Below are positions 18,943 through 29,538 of a DNA stretch of 64,000 bases, in pieces. The first letter of the stretch is position 1. Every line of letters starts with the position of its first letter. The position numbers and the translations under genes are program-made. This DNA comes from Promethearchaeota archaeon (lineage in GTDB: Archaea; Asgardarchaeota; Lokiarchaeia; Sigyniarchaeales; SOKP01), in the NCBI GenBank assembly GCA_048941285.1, contig JBHLNS010000003.1, positions 3,914 to 67,913 on the forward strand, read 5' to 3'. The notes beneath the pieces were generated by a model that saw only the letters and a program-made list of their open reading frames with translations, did no database searches and was not told the origin of the DNA.

Positions 18943-20775
18943 ATGAGAATTGCTGTTTTAAATAAGGATTTCTGCAAACCTGATAAATGTAGCCCTTTTG
19001 GAGAGAAACCATGTATAAAATACTGCCCAAGAGTAAGAACGGGAGATAAAACAATAGTTTTGAGCCCAGATGAGAAATCTGTTATAATAACAGAAAGTTT
19101 ATGCTCTGGAGAGGGTATTTGTATTAAAAAATGTCCTTTTAAAGCTATTAGCATTGTAAATTTGCCGGATCCTTTGGAAAATCAAATGACATATAGATAT
19201 GGAAAAGATCAATTTTCGTTATTTCGAATTGCAATCCCGAAGAAGGGAAAAGTTCTCGGAATCATAGGACAAAACGGTATTGGGAAAAGTACTTTATTAA
19301 AATTACTTTCAAATGAATTAAAAATTAATTTTGGTAGATTTGGTGAAGATACACCAGATTGGAAAGAAATAATTGAACGTTATAAAGGCTCTGAACTTCA
19401 TCAATATCTCGCTGAACTTAAAGATGGTAAACTTAAGATTATACATAAACCTCAAAACATCACTGTGATTCCTAAATTTGTTTCTGGGAAGGTAATAGAA
19501 CTTTTAGAGAAAAATGATGAAGAAAAACAGCTAGAATTTATATCCGAAAAACTTAATCTTAGTGAGATATTACAAAGAGATATTTCCATATTATCTGGAG
19601 GAGAACTGCAAAGAGTTGCTATTGCTGCTGCTTACCTCAAAAATGGAGATATTTATTTGTTTGATGAACCAAGCTCATACTTGGATGTAAGTGAGCGAAT
19701 CAATATGGCAAAATTAATTCGAACTTTATCAGAAAAAAATAAGACTATAATTGTCGTTGAACATGATCTTGCTATTTTAGATTATTTGAGTGATTATGTT
19801 TCGATTTTATACGGACAACCTGGTGTATATGGAATAATCTCCCATCCTCAGGGTGTTAGAGTTGGTATCAATATTTATTTAAATGGATATATAAAGGATG
19901 AAAATGTTAGATTTAGGGAAGAACCTATTATTTTTCATGAACGCCCGCCCCAAGAATCACTATTCAGTTCTGGAGATCTTATTTTTGCTTATGATGATAT
20001 TAAAATTGCGTTAGGGACATTTCATTTAGATGCTTCTGGAAGTGAAATTCATGCTGGTGAAATAATTGGGATTTTAGGCCCAAATGGAATTGGAAAAACT
20101 ACTTTTATTAACACTATAGCGAATAAAATAAATAATGATAATACTAGTATAATTGATGATACTGATCTTTTTCATAAAGATTTATCCCATAAATTACAAG
20201 TTTCAATAAAACCCCAGTATATTAAAATTGAAGAAGAAGGCCAGGTTTCTAATCTTATTACAAAAATTAAATTAGCTCCCCATTTGAGTCAATCTTATAA
20301 AAATAGATTAATTAATTATTTAAACTTAGAAAATATAAAAGAACGAAATCTTTCAGAATTAAGTGGGGGTGAGTTACAGCGAATTGCAATTGCGAAATGT
20401 CTTTCTAATGAGGCAGACATTTATTTATTTGATGAACCTTCAGCATTTTTAGATGTCGAAATGAGATTACAGGTCGCTCAATTGATAAGAAAATCTATTG
20501 AAGAATTAAAAAAATCAGGATTCGTTGTTGAACATGATATCATAACGCAAGACTTCATCGCTGATTCAATATTGGTATTTGAAGGAATTCCTGGAATAGA
20601 AGGAACGGCTTTACCACCTCAAAACTTAAGAGATGGGTTTAATACATTTTTAAAAGTTATGGGGATCACCTTTAGGAGAGATTCTATTACGAAAAGACCT
20701 CGGGTAAATAAATTAGGAAGCAATAAGGATGTGTATCAAAAACGGATAAATGAATATTATTACATCCCCAAGTAA
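18943..20775 (+). CDS. abce1: ABCE1 / RNase L inhibitor (ribosome recycling ATPase)
   Basis: N-terminus MRIAVLNKDFCKPDKC..CIKYCP...CSGEGICIKKCP (FeS domain). Two ABC cassettes (GQNGIGKST and GPNGIGKTT; LSGGELQR twice). The track start at 18931 is an upstream GTG. Confidence 0.95.
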   Translation: MRIAVLNKDFCKPDKCSPFGEKPCIKYCPRVRTGDKTIVLSPDEKSVIITESLCSGEGICIKKCPFKAISIVNLPDPLENQMTYRYGKDQFSLFRIAIPKKGKVLGIIGQNGIGKSTLLKLLSNELKINFGRFGEDTPDWKEIIERYKGSELHQYLAELKDGKLKIIHKPQNITVIPKFVSGKVIELLEKNDEEKQLEFISEKLNLSEILQRDISILSGGELQRVAIAAAYLKNGDIYLFDEPSSYLDVSERINMAKLIRTLSEKNKTIIVVEHDLAILDYLSDYVSILYGQPGVYGIISHPQGVRVGINIYLNGYIKDENVRFREEPIIFHERPPQESLFSSGDLIFAYDDIKIALGTFHLDASGSEIHAGEIIGILGPNGIGKTTFINTIANKINNDNTSIIDDTDLFHKDLSHKLQVSIKPQYIKIEEEGQVSNLITKIKLAPHLSQSYKNRLINYLNLENIKERNLSELSGGELQRIAIAKCLSNEADIYLFDEPSAFLDVEMRLQVAQLIRKSIEELKKSGFVVEHDIITQDFIADSILVFEGIPGIEGTALPPQNLRDGFNTFLKVMGITFRRDSITKRPRVNKLGSNKDVYQKRINEYYYIPK

Positions 20776-21071
20776 GTTTATTAAAAATATGATATTTTTA
20801 TTTAAATGTTTTCTAATCATTAACTATTTTTTATACTCCTTAATTTCGACTGGAAATTTTTTATTAAATCGACTTAAATCAGACAATTCTAGCTTATTTA
20901 GTTTTTAATAATATTATTTAAATAATTTAAAAGAATAAATAACTGGGCCCTATTCTAAAATTTATTAGATAACCTAACTATACTATTCAAAATTTAAGTT
21001 TGCAGTGGAAAACTAGGAGTCTAATATATTAATATTATTTAATTAACAATTTATAGAATACTAAAGAATAC

Positions 21072-21084
21072 AAAAAAAAAAAAA
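21072..21084 (-). terminator. oligo-T (T13 on the minus strand) one nt downstream of the stop of 21086-21340
   Basis: A13 run counted on the plus strand. Archaeal terminators are oligo-T tracts. Confidence 0.5.
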
Positions 21085-21085
21085 T

Positions 21086-21340
21086 TTAATCTTTAAATTT
21101 CCAAAAAATGAGTGGCCTTCCTCTTTTTCCATCATTACGAGAAAATTTTTCAATTAATTTCCTTTTTTGGAGTTTTATTAAATTATCATAGATGGTTGTT
21201 CTCGGAATTCTTAATTCCTTAACTAAATCTCGTCTTGTTAATGGGCCATCATCTTTCAAAGTTTTGATTAAATTAAATTGAATAGGTGATAAAAAATCTT
21301 TAGTTTCATGATAATTTTCTATTGTGGTTTTGTTAGCCAT
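21086..21340 (-). CDS. small winged-helix transcription regulator (TrmB/MarR-like)
   Basis: LIKTLKDDGPLTRRDLVKELRIPRTTIYDNLIKLQKRKLIEKF. Confidence 0.6.
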   Translation of the reverse strand: MANKTTIENYHETKDFLSPIQFNLIKTLKDDGPLTRRDLVKELRIPRTTIYDNLIKLQKRKLIEKFSRNDGKRGRPLIFWKFKD

Positions 21341-21552
21341 TTAAAATTCCTCCACTCTTAAATTAGATTTAAAAACGACAATTTTACGACGATTTAATTT
21401 TTTATATGAAAAATTTTATTCTTATAATCTAGTAAGTTCTATCTAATATATAAATGATGCTTATTTATGCATTATTATCATCAATTAACATAAGATTTAA
21501 AAATGAATGTTTTTCTATAAATATTGTAGAATTACTTATTTTAAATAATAAA

Positions 21553-21921
21553 ATGACAGAGACTACAAGAACGACAGTTACGCTAAATAAGAGTTATATG
21601 AAATTAATTGAAGAATTAGTAGACGTATTTGGGCCAACAAGAGCGCAAGTAATTAGTAATATTGTTGAATATTTTTTTAATGATAGTAAAAATGATTCAC
21701 TTCTAGAAAAACTAAGAACCAGGAAGACAAAAGAAAAAATTCCTGAGAAAGTAGAACTTGATAATAGGATTAGAAAATATTTGAAAAGAGCAGACAAAAT
21801 TCCATTTAACGTGTTTATAGAACATTTAAAATTAGATAACGAATTCGTGATAAATAATCTAGATGAATGGGGAGAAAAATATAATTTTAGGCTAATTGAT
21901 AATAAAATAGTTAAAGAATAG
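21553..21921 (+). CDS. ribbon-helix-helix (CopG-like) domain protein
   Basis: The internal Met gives MTETTRTTVTLNKSYMKLIEELVDVFGPTRAQVISNIVEYFF (beta strand followed by two helices). The upstream 33 codons look non-coding. Confidence 0.5.
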   Translation: MTETTRTTVTLNKSYMKLIEELVDVFGPTRAQVISNIVEYFFNDSKNDSLLEKLRTRKTKEKIPEKVELDNRIRKYLKRADKIPFNVFIEHLKLDNEFVINNLDEWGEKYNFRLIDNKIVKE

Positions 21922-21959
21922 TATAAATTAATCTTATTACTCAAAAATCATTTACGAAT

Positions 21960-22160
21960 TTACCCAAACAAATTGAAAAAGTCATTAGATAATCCTACTG
22001 TCCAATCTAACAATGAAGTTACTACACCTATTATAATGAAGAATATAAATAAAGCAAATCCAACTAATAGAGCATACTCGATAAAACTGCCACCATATTC
22101 ATCTGAGATGAATTCTTTAATTTTTGATCGAAATCTTTTAATAAAACTTTTAATATTCAT
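21960..22160 (-). CDS. Flp/Fap-type prepilin (66 aa)
   Basis: A basic leader is followed by DEYGG-SFIEYALLVGFALFIFFIIIGV. This matches the G/xxxIEYxL(I/L) Flp processing and hydrophobic-core signature. Confidence 0.6.
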   Translation of the reverse strand: MNIKSFIKRFRSKIKEFISDEYGGSFIEYALLVGFALFIFFIIIGVVTSLLDWTVGLSNDFFNLFG

Positions 22161-22227
22161 TCTAAGTTATTTTATCAGACACTTTTATAAACTCAACTAA
22201 TTTTAAATTAAAATTGAAATGAGTTAT

Positions 22228-22641
22228 TTAACTCTCTAAGATTTCATAAATTTTCGCTAGGTCTTTTTCTGATGCTTGTGTTCTCGGTATTTGAATTTGA
22301 AATTTATTATCATCGAATTTTCTTGGAATTATGTGAACATGAAAATGTTTGATCACTTGACCCGCTGCAATAAAATTATTTTGAAGTATATTATATCCAT
22401 CTACATTTAGAGCTTTACGAATTCTAATTGCCAAGAGCTTTGCTACTTTATAAACTTCACTAAGATCATTATCTGATATGTCCTCTAAATTTGAGTAATG
22501 ATTCTTTGGAATAATAATAGTATGACCATTAGAAATTGGAGAAATATCTAAAAAGGCAAGAGTAAAATCATTTTCAAATATAATCTTTGAAGGGATTTCT
22601 CTAATCACTATTTTACAAAAGATACAATCTTTTTCTTTCAT
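22228..22641 (-). CDS. HIT-family nucleotide hydrolase/transferase
   Basis: CIFCKI.. at the N-terminus and the histidine triad HFHVHIIP. Confidence 0.9.
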   Translation of the reverse strand: MKEKDCIFCKIVIREIPSKIIFENDFTLAFLDISPISNGHTIIIPKNHYSNLEDISDNDLSEVYKVAKLLAIRIRKALNVDGYNILQNNFIAAGQVIKHFHVHIIPRKFDDNKFQIQIPRTQASEKDLAKIYEILES

Positions 22642-22772
22642 GTTTTTTAATCTTTTTTTTAGTTTAAGATATTTTTAATTTAATTTAAATATTTAAATTT
22701 AAAATTAAAAAATCTGTACTCAGTTTTATCATATTAAAACACTCAAACTTTTCCTATTTGCACTCAAATTAA

Positions 22773-23597
22773 GTGATTAGAATGTTATTTCAAGAATTAA
22801 GAGATTTATTAACGAATAAATTATCTCCAAAAGTTTTTAGACTAAACTCAGAGATTTATGGATTACATTTTGATAAAGTTGGATATGATAAACATATAAA
22901 AAAGGTTATGTTAACAATAGATCTTAGTCTAGAAGCAATCCATTTTGCCTTAAAAAACAAAGTCGGTTTAATAATATCACATCATAGCTTAGTTAACAAA
23001 CCAATAAAAAAGTTTAATCAAATTATAATAGATAAATTAACATTACTTTCTAAATACCCAATTTCGATATTTGTCCTAAACTCTTCATTTATAGCGGCAG
23101 AAGGTGGAATTTCAGACACAATAGTCAATGTTCTTTATTTAAAGTTAGAAAATATACTAGATATTAAAAGTCAAGATGGACGAAGAATCCCGATTGGCAG
23201 AATTTGCACATTACTTAACTATCCAAGCGAAAAAGTCCCATTTACTTTAGAAGATTTATTAAACCGGATAAAAAGGAATTTAAATTTAAAATCAGTTCCA
23301 TTTGTAGGTGATCTTGGAAGAACAATAAAAAAATTATGTGTTATAGGAGGAGACATATCAAATTTTAAGCTTATTAAAAGAGCAATAAATCTTGGTTGTG
23401 ATTCTTACATTTCAGGAAAGATTAATTACTTTGATGCAACAATTGCTAGAGATCTTGGGATAAATCTTATAGAAGTCTCACACTATAAAAATGAAATTAT
23501 TGCGATGAAAAAATTGGGTCATTTTTTAAGTTTAGAGTTTCCTCAAGTTGATTTTGTTTTATTTGATTCTAAAGATCCTGTTAAAACCTATATCTAA
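22773..23597 (+). CDS. NIF3-family (dinuclear metal centre) protein
   Basis: ..KKVMLTIDLSLEAIHFALKNKVGLIISHHSL.. and C-terminal ..LIEVSHYKNE.., with the typical length. Confidence 0.65.
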   Translation: MIRMLFQELRDLLTNKLSPKVFRLNSEIYGLHFDKVGYDKHIKKVMLTIDLSLEAIHFALKNKVGLIISHHSLVNKPIKKFNQIIIDKLTLLSKYPISIFVLNSSFIAAEGGISDTIVNVLYLKLENILDIKSQDGRRIPIGRICTLLNYPSEKVPFTLEDLLNRIKRNLNLKSVPFVGDLGRTIKKLCVIGGDISNFKLIKRAINLGCDSYISGKINYFDATIARDLGINLIEVSHYKNEIIAMKKLGHFLSLEFPQVDFVLFDSKDPVKTYI

Positions 23598-23693
23598 ATA
23601 TGCTAAATAAAAATTTAAATTTCTTAAGAAATAAATTGAATTTAAATAGTAAAAATTATACCTTATTTTTATAAGAATTTGAGTGAATAATCA

Positions 23694-24275
23694 ATGCCGA
23701 TATTAGAATATAATGGAAAAAAACCTAATATTAGTCCAAAAAGTTATGTGTCGCCAATGGCAACACTCATTGGAGAAGTAATCGTTAATGACAATGTTAT
23801 AATATGGCCTGGCGCAATTATAAGGGCAGAAAATTCACCAATTAATATCGGTGAGTATACAACTATTTTCGATGGTGTAATGATGTTTACACGTTCTCAA
23901 AAAAGTTCTATTAATATAGGGAGATATTGTATAATTGAATCAGGAGTTACACTTTTAGGTTGTTTTTTAGAAGATTATGTCCAGATAAAAGAAGGAACAT
24001 TAATATATGATGAGGCATCAATAGGAGAAGGAGTAATCATCCTAAATCAAAGCCAAGTTCCGCCTGGCCTAACAATTCCTGCCCGAGTAGTAATGAGAGG
24101 AATTCCAGTTGAACCAGTAAGAGAACAAACGCGTAATGATGTACTTAAGCAAAAGGAAAAAGCTGAAAATTATGCTCAATTATTTATGAAAATTAAAGAT
24201 CACTTACCCAATGCTCAGAGTTACCTATTAACTTTACCAGATTTTATAAAAATATTGTTAAAGAAAGAAGATTAA
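23694..24275 (+). CDS. left-handed beta-helix (hexapeptide repeat) protein, gamma-carbonic-anhydrase/PaaY-like
   Basis: ..KKPNISPKSYVSPMATLIGEVIVNDNVIIWPGAIIRAE..INIGEYTTIFDG... The canonical metal-binding His residues are not obvious. Confidence 0.7.
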   Translation: MPILEYNGKKPNISPKSYVSPMATLIGEVIVNDNVIIWPGAIIRAENSPINIGEYTTIFDGVMMFTRSQKSSINIGRYCIIESGVTLLGCFLEDYVQIKEGTLIYDEASIGEGVIILNQSQVPPGLTIPARVVMRGIPVEPVREQTRNDVLKQKEKAENYAQLFMKIKDHLPNAQSYLLTLPDFIKILLKKED

Positions 24276-24289
24276 AAAAAAATATTTAT

Positions 24290-25177
24290 TTAAACCATTA
24301 TATTTAACATTTTTACAAGTTCTTTATATCTTGAACGAAGAGTTACTTCAGTTACACCAACTAGGTTGGCAATATCTTTCTGAGATATCTTTTTATCTTT
24401 CTTTTTACATACTAAATATAGTGCTCCAGCGCATAAACCTTTTGGATCTTTTCCACTTGTAGAAAATTTAGATGTAAAATTTTGTAAAATCTTTATTGTT
24501 GCATTTTCTGCGTCAGCATCTAATTCCAGTTCTGCTATAAATCTTGGAATAAGAGAAATAGGATCTGTAGATGGGGCTTTTAAATTTAATTCTCTAATTA
24601 GCGTTCTATAGCATCTCCTCACATTCTTTGCACTTATTGAAGTTTGTTCTAATATTTCTTGTAATGTTCGTGGGATTTTTCTTTCCCTACAAGCAAAATA
24701 CAAACACGCAGCCACCATTCCATTAATAGATCTACCACGTAGCAACTTCTTTTTAAAAGCATCTATATATAGCCGAATTGCTGCCTTTTTAACATGATTT
24801 GGCAAATTGAGATTACTTCCAATTCTTTTTAATTCTGTTGTGGCGATCAACATATTCCTCTTATCCCATGTCATGCGAGAATTCCATTTAGCAGCTCTTT
24901 TTAAATCAGGGCTTTTAATATTTGCTTTATCGATAATCGTACTTAATCCCATATCTGGTAATAATATTGAAATTGGAGATCCAGTTCTTTCTCTACTTTC
25001 TTTTTCTTGTTTAGTAAAAGCTCTTTTCCCACTATGTGAAATATCAACAATTCTCTCGCTTATAACTAAACCACACTGTCCGCAGACAGTTTCACCCTTC
25101 TCATGAAGTAAAATAATCTTACCCCCACATTCGGGGCATAAATTTGAAAAATTACTTAAATCTGATTCAACTTCCAT
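24290..25177 (-). CDS. tfb: transcription initiation factor TFB (canonical)
   Basis: Zinc ribbon CPECGGKIILLHEKGETVCGQCGLVISE, B-reader/linker, two cyclin repeats, and C-terminal ..VTEVTLRSRYKEL. Confidence 0.95.
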   Translation of the reverse strand: MEVESDLSNFSNLCPECGGKIILLHEKGETVCGQCGLVISERIVDISHSGKRAFTKQEKESRERTGSPISILLPDMGLSTIIDKANIKSPDLKRAAKWNSRMTWDKRNMLIATTELKRIGSNLNLPNHVKKAAIRLYIDAFKKKLLRGRSINGMVAACLYFACRERKIPRTLQEILEQTSISAKNVRRCYRTLIRELNLKAPSTDPISLIPRFIAELELDADAENATIKILQNFTSKFSTSGKDPKGLCAGALYLVCKKKDKKISQKDIANLVGVTEVTLRSRYKELVKMLNIMV

Positions 25178-25425
25178 AATATTAACCCTATTTTATTTTT
25201 AGAAGTATAAAAATTCCCAATATTCAACTATTGAAATTTTCCAAGCAAATTTTAACCCGTGTACCGAATAAAATATTGTTTTTAGATTGAAAAACTATAC
25301 GTGACTGAAACTCAAATATATTCTTTGATGCAAATAATATAAATATAAGTATATTATATAAATGTTTCGCTCAGAATCTGACTGTATTCCGAATTTGTAA
25401 TACAATTTTCGTAAAAATTAGTTTT

Positions 25426-26058
25426 TTATAAGAAAAAGGGAAGACAAGCGTTAAATCCAAATAAAATGCCTTGCATAACACCAGAAATTAACCACAAAAA
25501 TACATTTTTAGGATTATTAATCAAACGGTTATTATTAATTAAATACCATACACTTATTAATACCGTTAGCAAGGCCATTAAAGATCCAAAAGAAAAACAG
25601 TAGTATATAGTTACTTCATGGGGAAATTGAGAAGCGCTAATATCAGCAATACGATTTAAATAATAAGGATCGATTCCACTAAATTCAAAGAAATTATAGA
25701 TTAATCTATCAGGTAGAGGATCCAAAATCCAAATTAAAAAGTATGTTATATAATTAAATAAAATACCAAAAGCTAGAACAATATAAGAACATCCTAAGAT
25801 TAATCTTGGTTTCATGAATAGATCTTCTTGTTTTTCCTTACTAATTAATCTAGATTGTCGATAAACACCCCTTAATCTTAATAAAGTCAAAATTCCGATA
25901 GTTAAGATAATAAAAACAAAAATATATTTCAGGTATTGACATAAAATTAAAAAAAAATTGTTGAAAGCAATACAGAAATTCTCAAGTCCTTCAATGATAT
26001 CTTCAAATACATCTCCTGTAGAGGTAATTTTCTTAATGAATTGTCCATAAAAAAGCAT
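25426..26058 (-). CDS. hypothetical polytopic membrane protein
   Basis: About five hydrophobic segments. No family recognised. Confidence 0.45.
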   Translation of the reverse strand: MLFYGQFIKKITSTGDVFEDIIEGLENFCIAFNNFFLILCQYLKYIFVFIILTIGILTLLRLRGVYRQSRLISKEKQEDLFMKPRLILGCSYIVLAFGILFNYITYFLIWILDPLPDRLIYNFFEFSGIDPYYLNRIADISASQFPHEVTIYYCFSFGSLMALLTVLISVWYLINNNRLINNPKNVFLWLISGVMQGILFGFNACLPFFL

Positions 26059-26114
26059 TACATAATAATATTAAAGATAGCGTATTTAAAGTCTACAAAA
26101 TCTCTAAAATTAGT

Positions 26115-26546
26115 TTATGTAATTTTTTCACACTCTTCATTAATAACTTTTATTGTTGCGTTGAAATCTTGCCACCAATCTTGTCCTTGCTGTGAAACTA
26201 ACATAGGATCAACTTTTCTTGAATCTAAACATCTTATTTCCTCTGTATGGGCTTTAATTTTTCCTTTCCATATTTGAGAGATGATGTTTTGAAGATTAAT
26301 TTTTACTTTTTTAACTAGTTCTTCGTAGGGAACCGAAACATCTTCTGTTTTTTGCAGTCTTTGAAGTTGGTCAAATTTTACTTTTTCTTTTGCCCGATTT
26401 AAATCACTGCAACTAATTTTAATAGAAAAGGGTTCATCTGATCCAAATTTGCAATATTTTTGAATATCGCATAAAGAACAATAGCTTTCAAAGCTAATTG
26501 TATAATCCTCTAAACCTACTATTGAATAATTTAAAATTCTAGGCAT
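26115..26546 (-). CDS. hypothetical protein (143 aa)
   Basis: Clean ORF with several Cys in the N-terminal half. No family recognised. Confidence 0.4.
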   Translation of the reverse strand: MPRILNYSIVGLEDYTISFESYCSLCDIQKYCKFGSDEPFSIKISCSDLNRAKEKVKFDQLQRLQKTEDVSVPYEELVKKVKINLQNIISQIWKGKIKAHTEEIRCLDSRKVDPMLVSQQGQDWWQDFNATIKVINEECEKIT

Positions 26547-26683
26547 TGCTAATTAATATAAAATACTACGTTTTATCTATTATATTTTAGGTCAAAAAAT
26601 TTTTTAAATACGATTTATTAAAATTAAACATCATTAAACGTTTTCAAAAATATAGATTTTCATACTGGGAACATTCCCGCTTA

Positions 26684-26757
26684 GGGAGAGTGGCTTAGCC
26701 TGGTATAGCGCACGGCTGATAACCGTGAGGTCGGGGGTTCGAAGCCCCCCTTTCCCA
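26684..26757 (+). tRNA. tRNA-Ile(GAU)
   Basis: Acceptor GGGAGAG/CTTTCCC, D stem GCTT/TAGC, anticodon arm CACGG-CTGATAA-CCGTG, T arm GGGGG-TTCGAAG-CCCCC, discriminator A. Confidence 0.9.
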
Positions 26758-26832
26758 TTATTTTTAGCTTGAATTAATTTCAAGAATATTCATTTATTTT
26801 TTTAATTATCTTACTCTATTATAAATTTAGAT

Positions 26833-27426
26833 ATGAAAAATATTATAATCTCTGGAACGCCAGGATGCGGAAAAACCTCAGTAGCAAAAGAAATATGCAA
26901 TTTTTTGTCAGCTAAAATGCTTTCTTTGAACGAATTAGCAATTTCTGACAATTTTTCCTTTGAATATGATGAAGAAAGGAAAACCTATATAGTAGATTTT
27001 GAAATTTTTTTACCCTTTGTATTGGAAAAAATCAATGAGCTTCAAAAAGCTAAGCTACGATTTCTAATAATAGAAAGTCATTTCTCTGATATTATTCCAG
27101 AAAATTTAATTGATTTTGTTTTTATTTTAAGATGTGATCCAGATGTATTATACAAAAGATTAGAAAAAAAAAATTACACTCAAGCAAAAATTATAGAAAA
27201 CATTCAAACAGAAATTTTAGGTAATTGTGCAAATTTTTTTATCCAAAAACAGCCTAAATTTCCACTTTTTGAAATTAATACAACAAATCTTAGTATTAAT
27301 TCAACAGCAAAAATTATTGTAGATATCGTGCTTGGTAATAAAGATGGAAATTTATATAGAATAGGTAAAATAGATTGGCTGGAAAAACTTTTTCAAGAAA
27401 ATCGTTTAGAAAAATTTTTTGATTAA
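26833..27426 (+). CDS. Fap7/AK6-type adenylate kinase (NTPase)
   Basis: P-loop IIISGTPGCGKTSVAKEI and about 190 aa, typical of the archaeal Fap7 family. Confidence 0.75.
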   Translation: MKNIIISGTPGCGKTSVAKEICNFLSAKMLSLNELAISDNFSFEYDEERKTYIVDFEIFLPFVLEKINELQKAKLRFLIIESHFSDIIPENLIDFVFILRCDPDVLYKRLEKKNYTQAKIIENIQTEILGNCANFFIQKQPKFPLFEINTTNLSINSTAKIIVDIVLGNKDGNLYRIGKIDWLEKLFQENRLEKFFD

Positions 27427-27453
27427 ACATTTAACTTAATCGAGGGGCAAAAT

Positions 27454-29100
27454 ATGAAATGGGAGATCTCAGATTTTGATGCTTTAGGAAGAATTGGTAA
27501 ATTAAATGTAAATAACAAACAAATGACTACCCCCAATTTATTTCCTGTAGTTCATCCATATAAAAACGCTATTTCAACTTCAGATTTCAAGAAGATCGGA
27601 GCTCAATGTGTCTTTACAAATGCATATATTATTTATCAGAATCCTCAAGTCCGTGAGGAAATTTTAAGAAAAGGTTTACATTCGCATTTAAAATTCGATG
27701 GAATAACGGCTACTGATAGTGGTGCTTTTCAAAAGTACATGTATAATAAAGAGAAATTGGATATTCAAGCGGTAGATATAGAAAAGTTTCAAGAAGATAT
27801 CGGTACGGATTTTGCTGTAATTTTAGATGAACCTGTCCAACCTGATGATGATTATGATATCGCTAAAAAGAAAATTGAAATCACTTTAAATAGGGCTAAA
27901 GATAACATTAATAGAAGAATTAAAGACAACTGCCACTGGTTTGGCCCAATTCACGGCGCTAAATTTGATGATTTATTAAAAACAAGTGCAATTGAAATGG
28001 GTAAATTAGATTTTGGAGTTTATGCGATAGGGGGTTTAGTTAAATCACTTTTAGACTATAGATTTGATTTAGTGATTAAAATTCTTCTGAATGTTAAAAA
28101 AGATATAGTATGGAATAAACCCATTCACATGTTTGGATTGGGTTTACCTCAATTCTTTTCCTTAGCTATTGCATGTGGTTGCGATTTAATGGATTCCGCT
28201 GCATACATTTTATTTGCAAAAGAAAACAGATATTTCACTTTATCTACAGGAACGAGGAAATTAGATGAATTGGAAGAGTTTCCTTGTCATTGCCCTATAT
28301 GTTGTGAATATAACCCTAAGGAAGTGTTAAATTTCGATGAAAGTTTGCGAACTCAGCTACTTGCTAAACATAATTTATACTTATCTTTTTCAGAGTTAAG
28401 AACAATTCGACAAGCGATTAAAGAAGGTAACTTATGGGAACTTGTTGAACAACGGATTAGAAATCACCCAGCACTAGTAAAAGCGTCAAAATTGATTAAA
28501 CACTATTTAATATTATTTGAAGAACATGAAAAATTGTATAAAACGCACGGTAGGTTATATTCCTCTCCAGAGAGCGTAGAAAGACCGCTTATTTATCGCT
28601 ATGAGAAAAAATTATTATATAATTATAGAGTTCCAAAAGATGCAAAATTTTTAATTATATTGCCTGAATTAGATATAAAGGGAGAAAAATCTCCAAGCAT
28701 TAAATATTGGTTAGAAAAAATTAATAATAACTCAATAATCCCTAGAAAATTTATTCACGTAGCATTTTTTTCTGATATTTATGGAATTATACCATTTGAA
28801 CTTAGCTCATCTTTCCCTATGGGACAATATGAATCAATAGATCTATCAAATGAAAATGATATAATATATCAAAATTTCATGCAAAAAGTAGATCTCTTCT
28901 TTAAGAATTATTTCCAATATTATTCAAAATGTGGGATAATAATTCCTGAAGAATTTGTTAATCAATTTAATGAGACTGTTCATTTTTCTAAAAAAAATCT
29001 CTTAAATAATATAGTTGATAAATTTAAATCTAAATACAAACTAGAGATTACTATAAGTAATGAAGTGGACTCCCTCCTTAATTTCTTTAAAAGTGATTAA
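27454..29100 (+). CDS. tgtA: archaeosine tRNA-guanine transglycosylase (ArcTGT)
   Basis: ..DALGRIGKL...TPNLFPVVHP.., ..TATDSGAFQ.., zinc site CHCPIC..., ..HNLY... Whether a C-terminal PUA domain is present is unclear. Confidence 0.85.
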   Translation: MKWEISDFDALGRIGKLNVNNKQMTTPNLFPVVHPYKNAISTSDFKKIGAQCVFTNAYIIYQNPQVREEILRKGLHSHLKFDGITATDSGAFQKYMYNKEKLDIQAVDIEKFQEDIGTDFAVILDEPVQPDDDYDIAKKKIEITLNRAKDNINRRIKDNCHWFGPIHGAKFDDLLKTSAIEMGKLDFGVYAIGGLVKSLLDYRFDLVIKILLNVKKDIVWNKPIHMFGLGLPQFFSLAIACGCDLMDSAAYILFAKENRYFTLSTGTRKLDELEEFPCHCPICCEYNPKEVLNFDESLRTQLLAKHNLYLSFSELRTIRQAIKEGNLWELVEQRIRNHPALVKASKLIKHYLILFEEHEKLYKTHGRLYSSPESVERPLIYRYEKKLLYNYRVPKDAKFLIILPELDIKGEKSPSIKYWLEKINNNSIIPRKFIHVAFFSDIYGIIPFELSSSFPMGQYESIDLSNENDIIYQNFMQKVDLFFKNYFQYYSKCGIIIPEEFVNQFNETVHFSKKNLLNNIVDKFKSKYKLEITISNEVDSLLNFFKSD

Positions 29101-29538
29101 ATGAGAACTTTAGAAAAGATTTACGCTTTTGGCCATGAAAATATCTTAAGCACTCATAAAACAACGATAGAACTTACAAAAGCTAAGTCATTAACAAAGA
29201 GAGGGAATTGCATAATAGGGATTAACGCTACAAAAGCTTGTTTTGATTTAAATTCTATTTTGAAAGAAAAAATAAACAATGGAAAAAAAGTAAAGGTCAT
29301 ATTAGAAGTAGATGATCTCCAAGACTCCTTCCATGGTTTTGGAAATAAAAATTTAAGATTATTAGATAAAGATGATATAGTATTTCGTAAAAGTGGTCAT
29401 ATATGTAATAGAACTGTACTTATTAACTGTTCAAAATCATCAAACGATATTAATCGTGAATTAATTGAAAAGCTAAAAGTTCCAGGAAAAAAATTATCAA
29501 TAATATTTGAGATGAATGAGACAGATGGATATCAATAA
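29101..29538 (+). CDS. DUF371 (COG2090-like) archaeal protein
   Basis: ..GHENILSTHKTTIELTKAKSLTKRGNCIIGINA.. matches my memory of DUF371. It starts immediately after the tgtA stop. Confidence 0.5.
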   Translation: MRTLEKIYAFGHENILSTHKTTIELTKAKSLTKRGNCIIGINATKACFDLNSILKEKINNGKKVKVILEVDDLQDSFHGFGNKNLRLLDKDDIVFRKSGHICNRTVLINCSKSSNDINRELIEKLKVPGKKLSIIFEMNETDGYQ

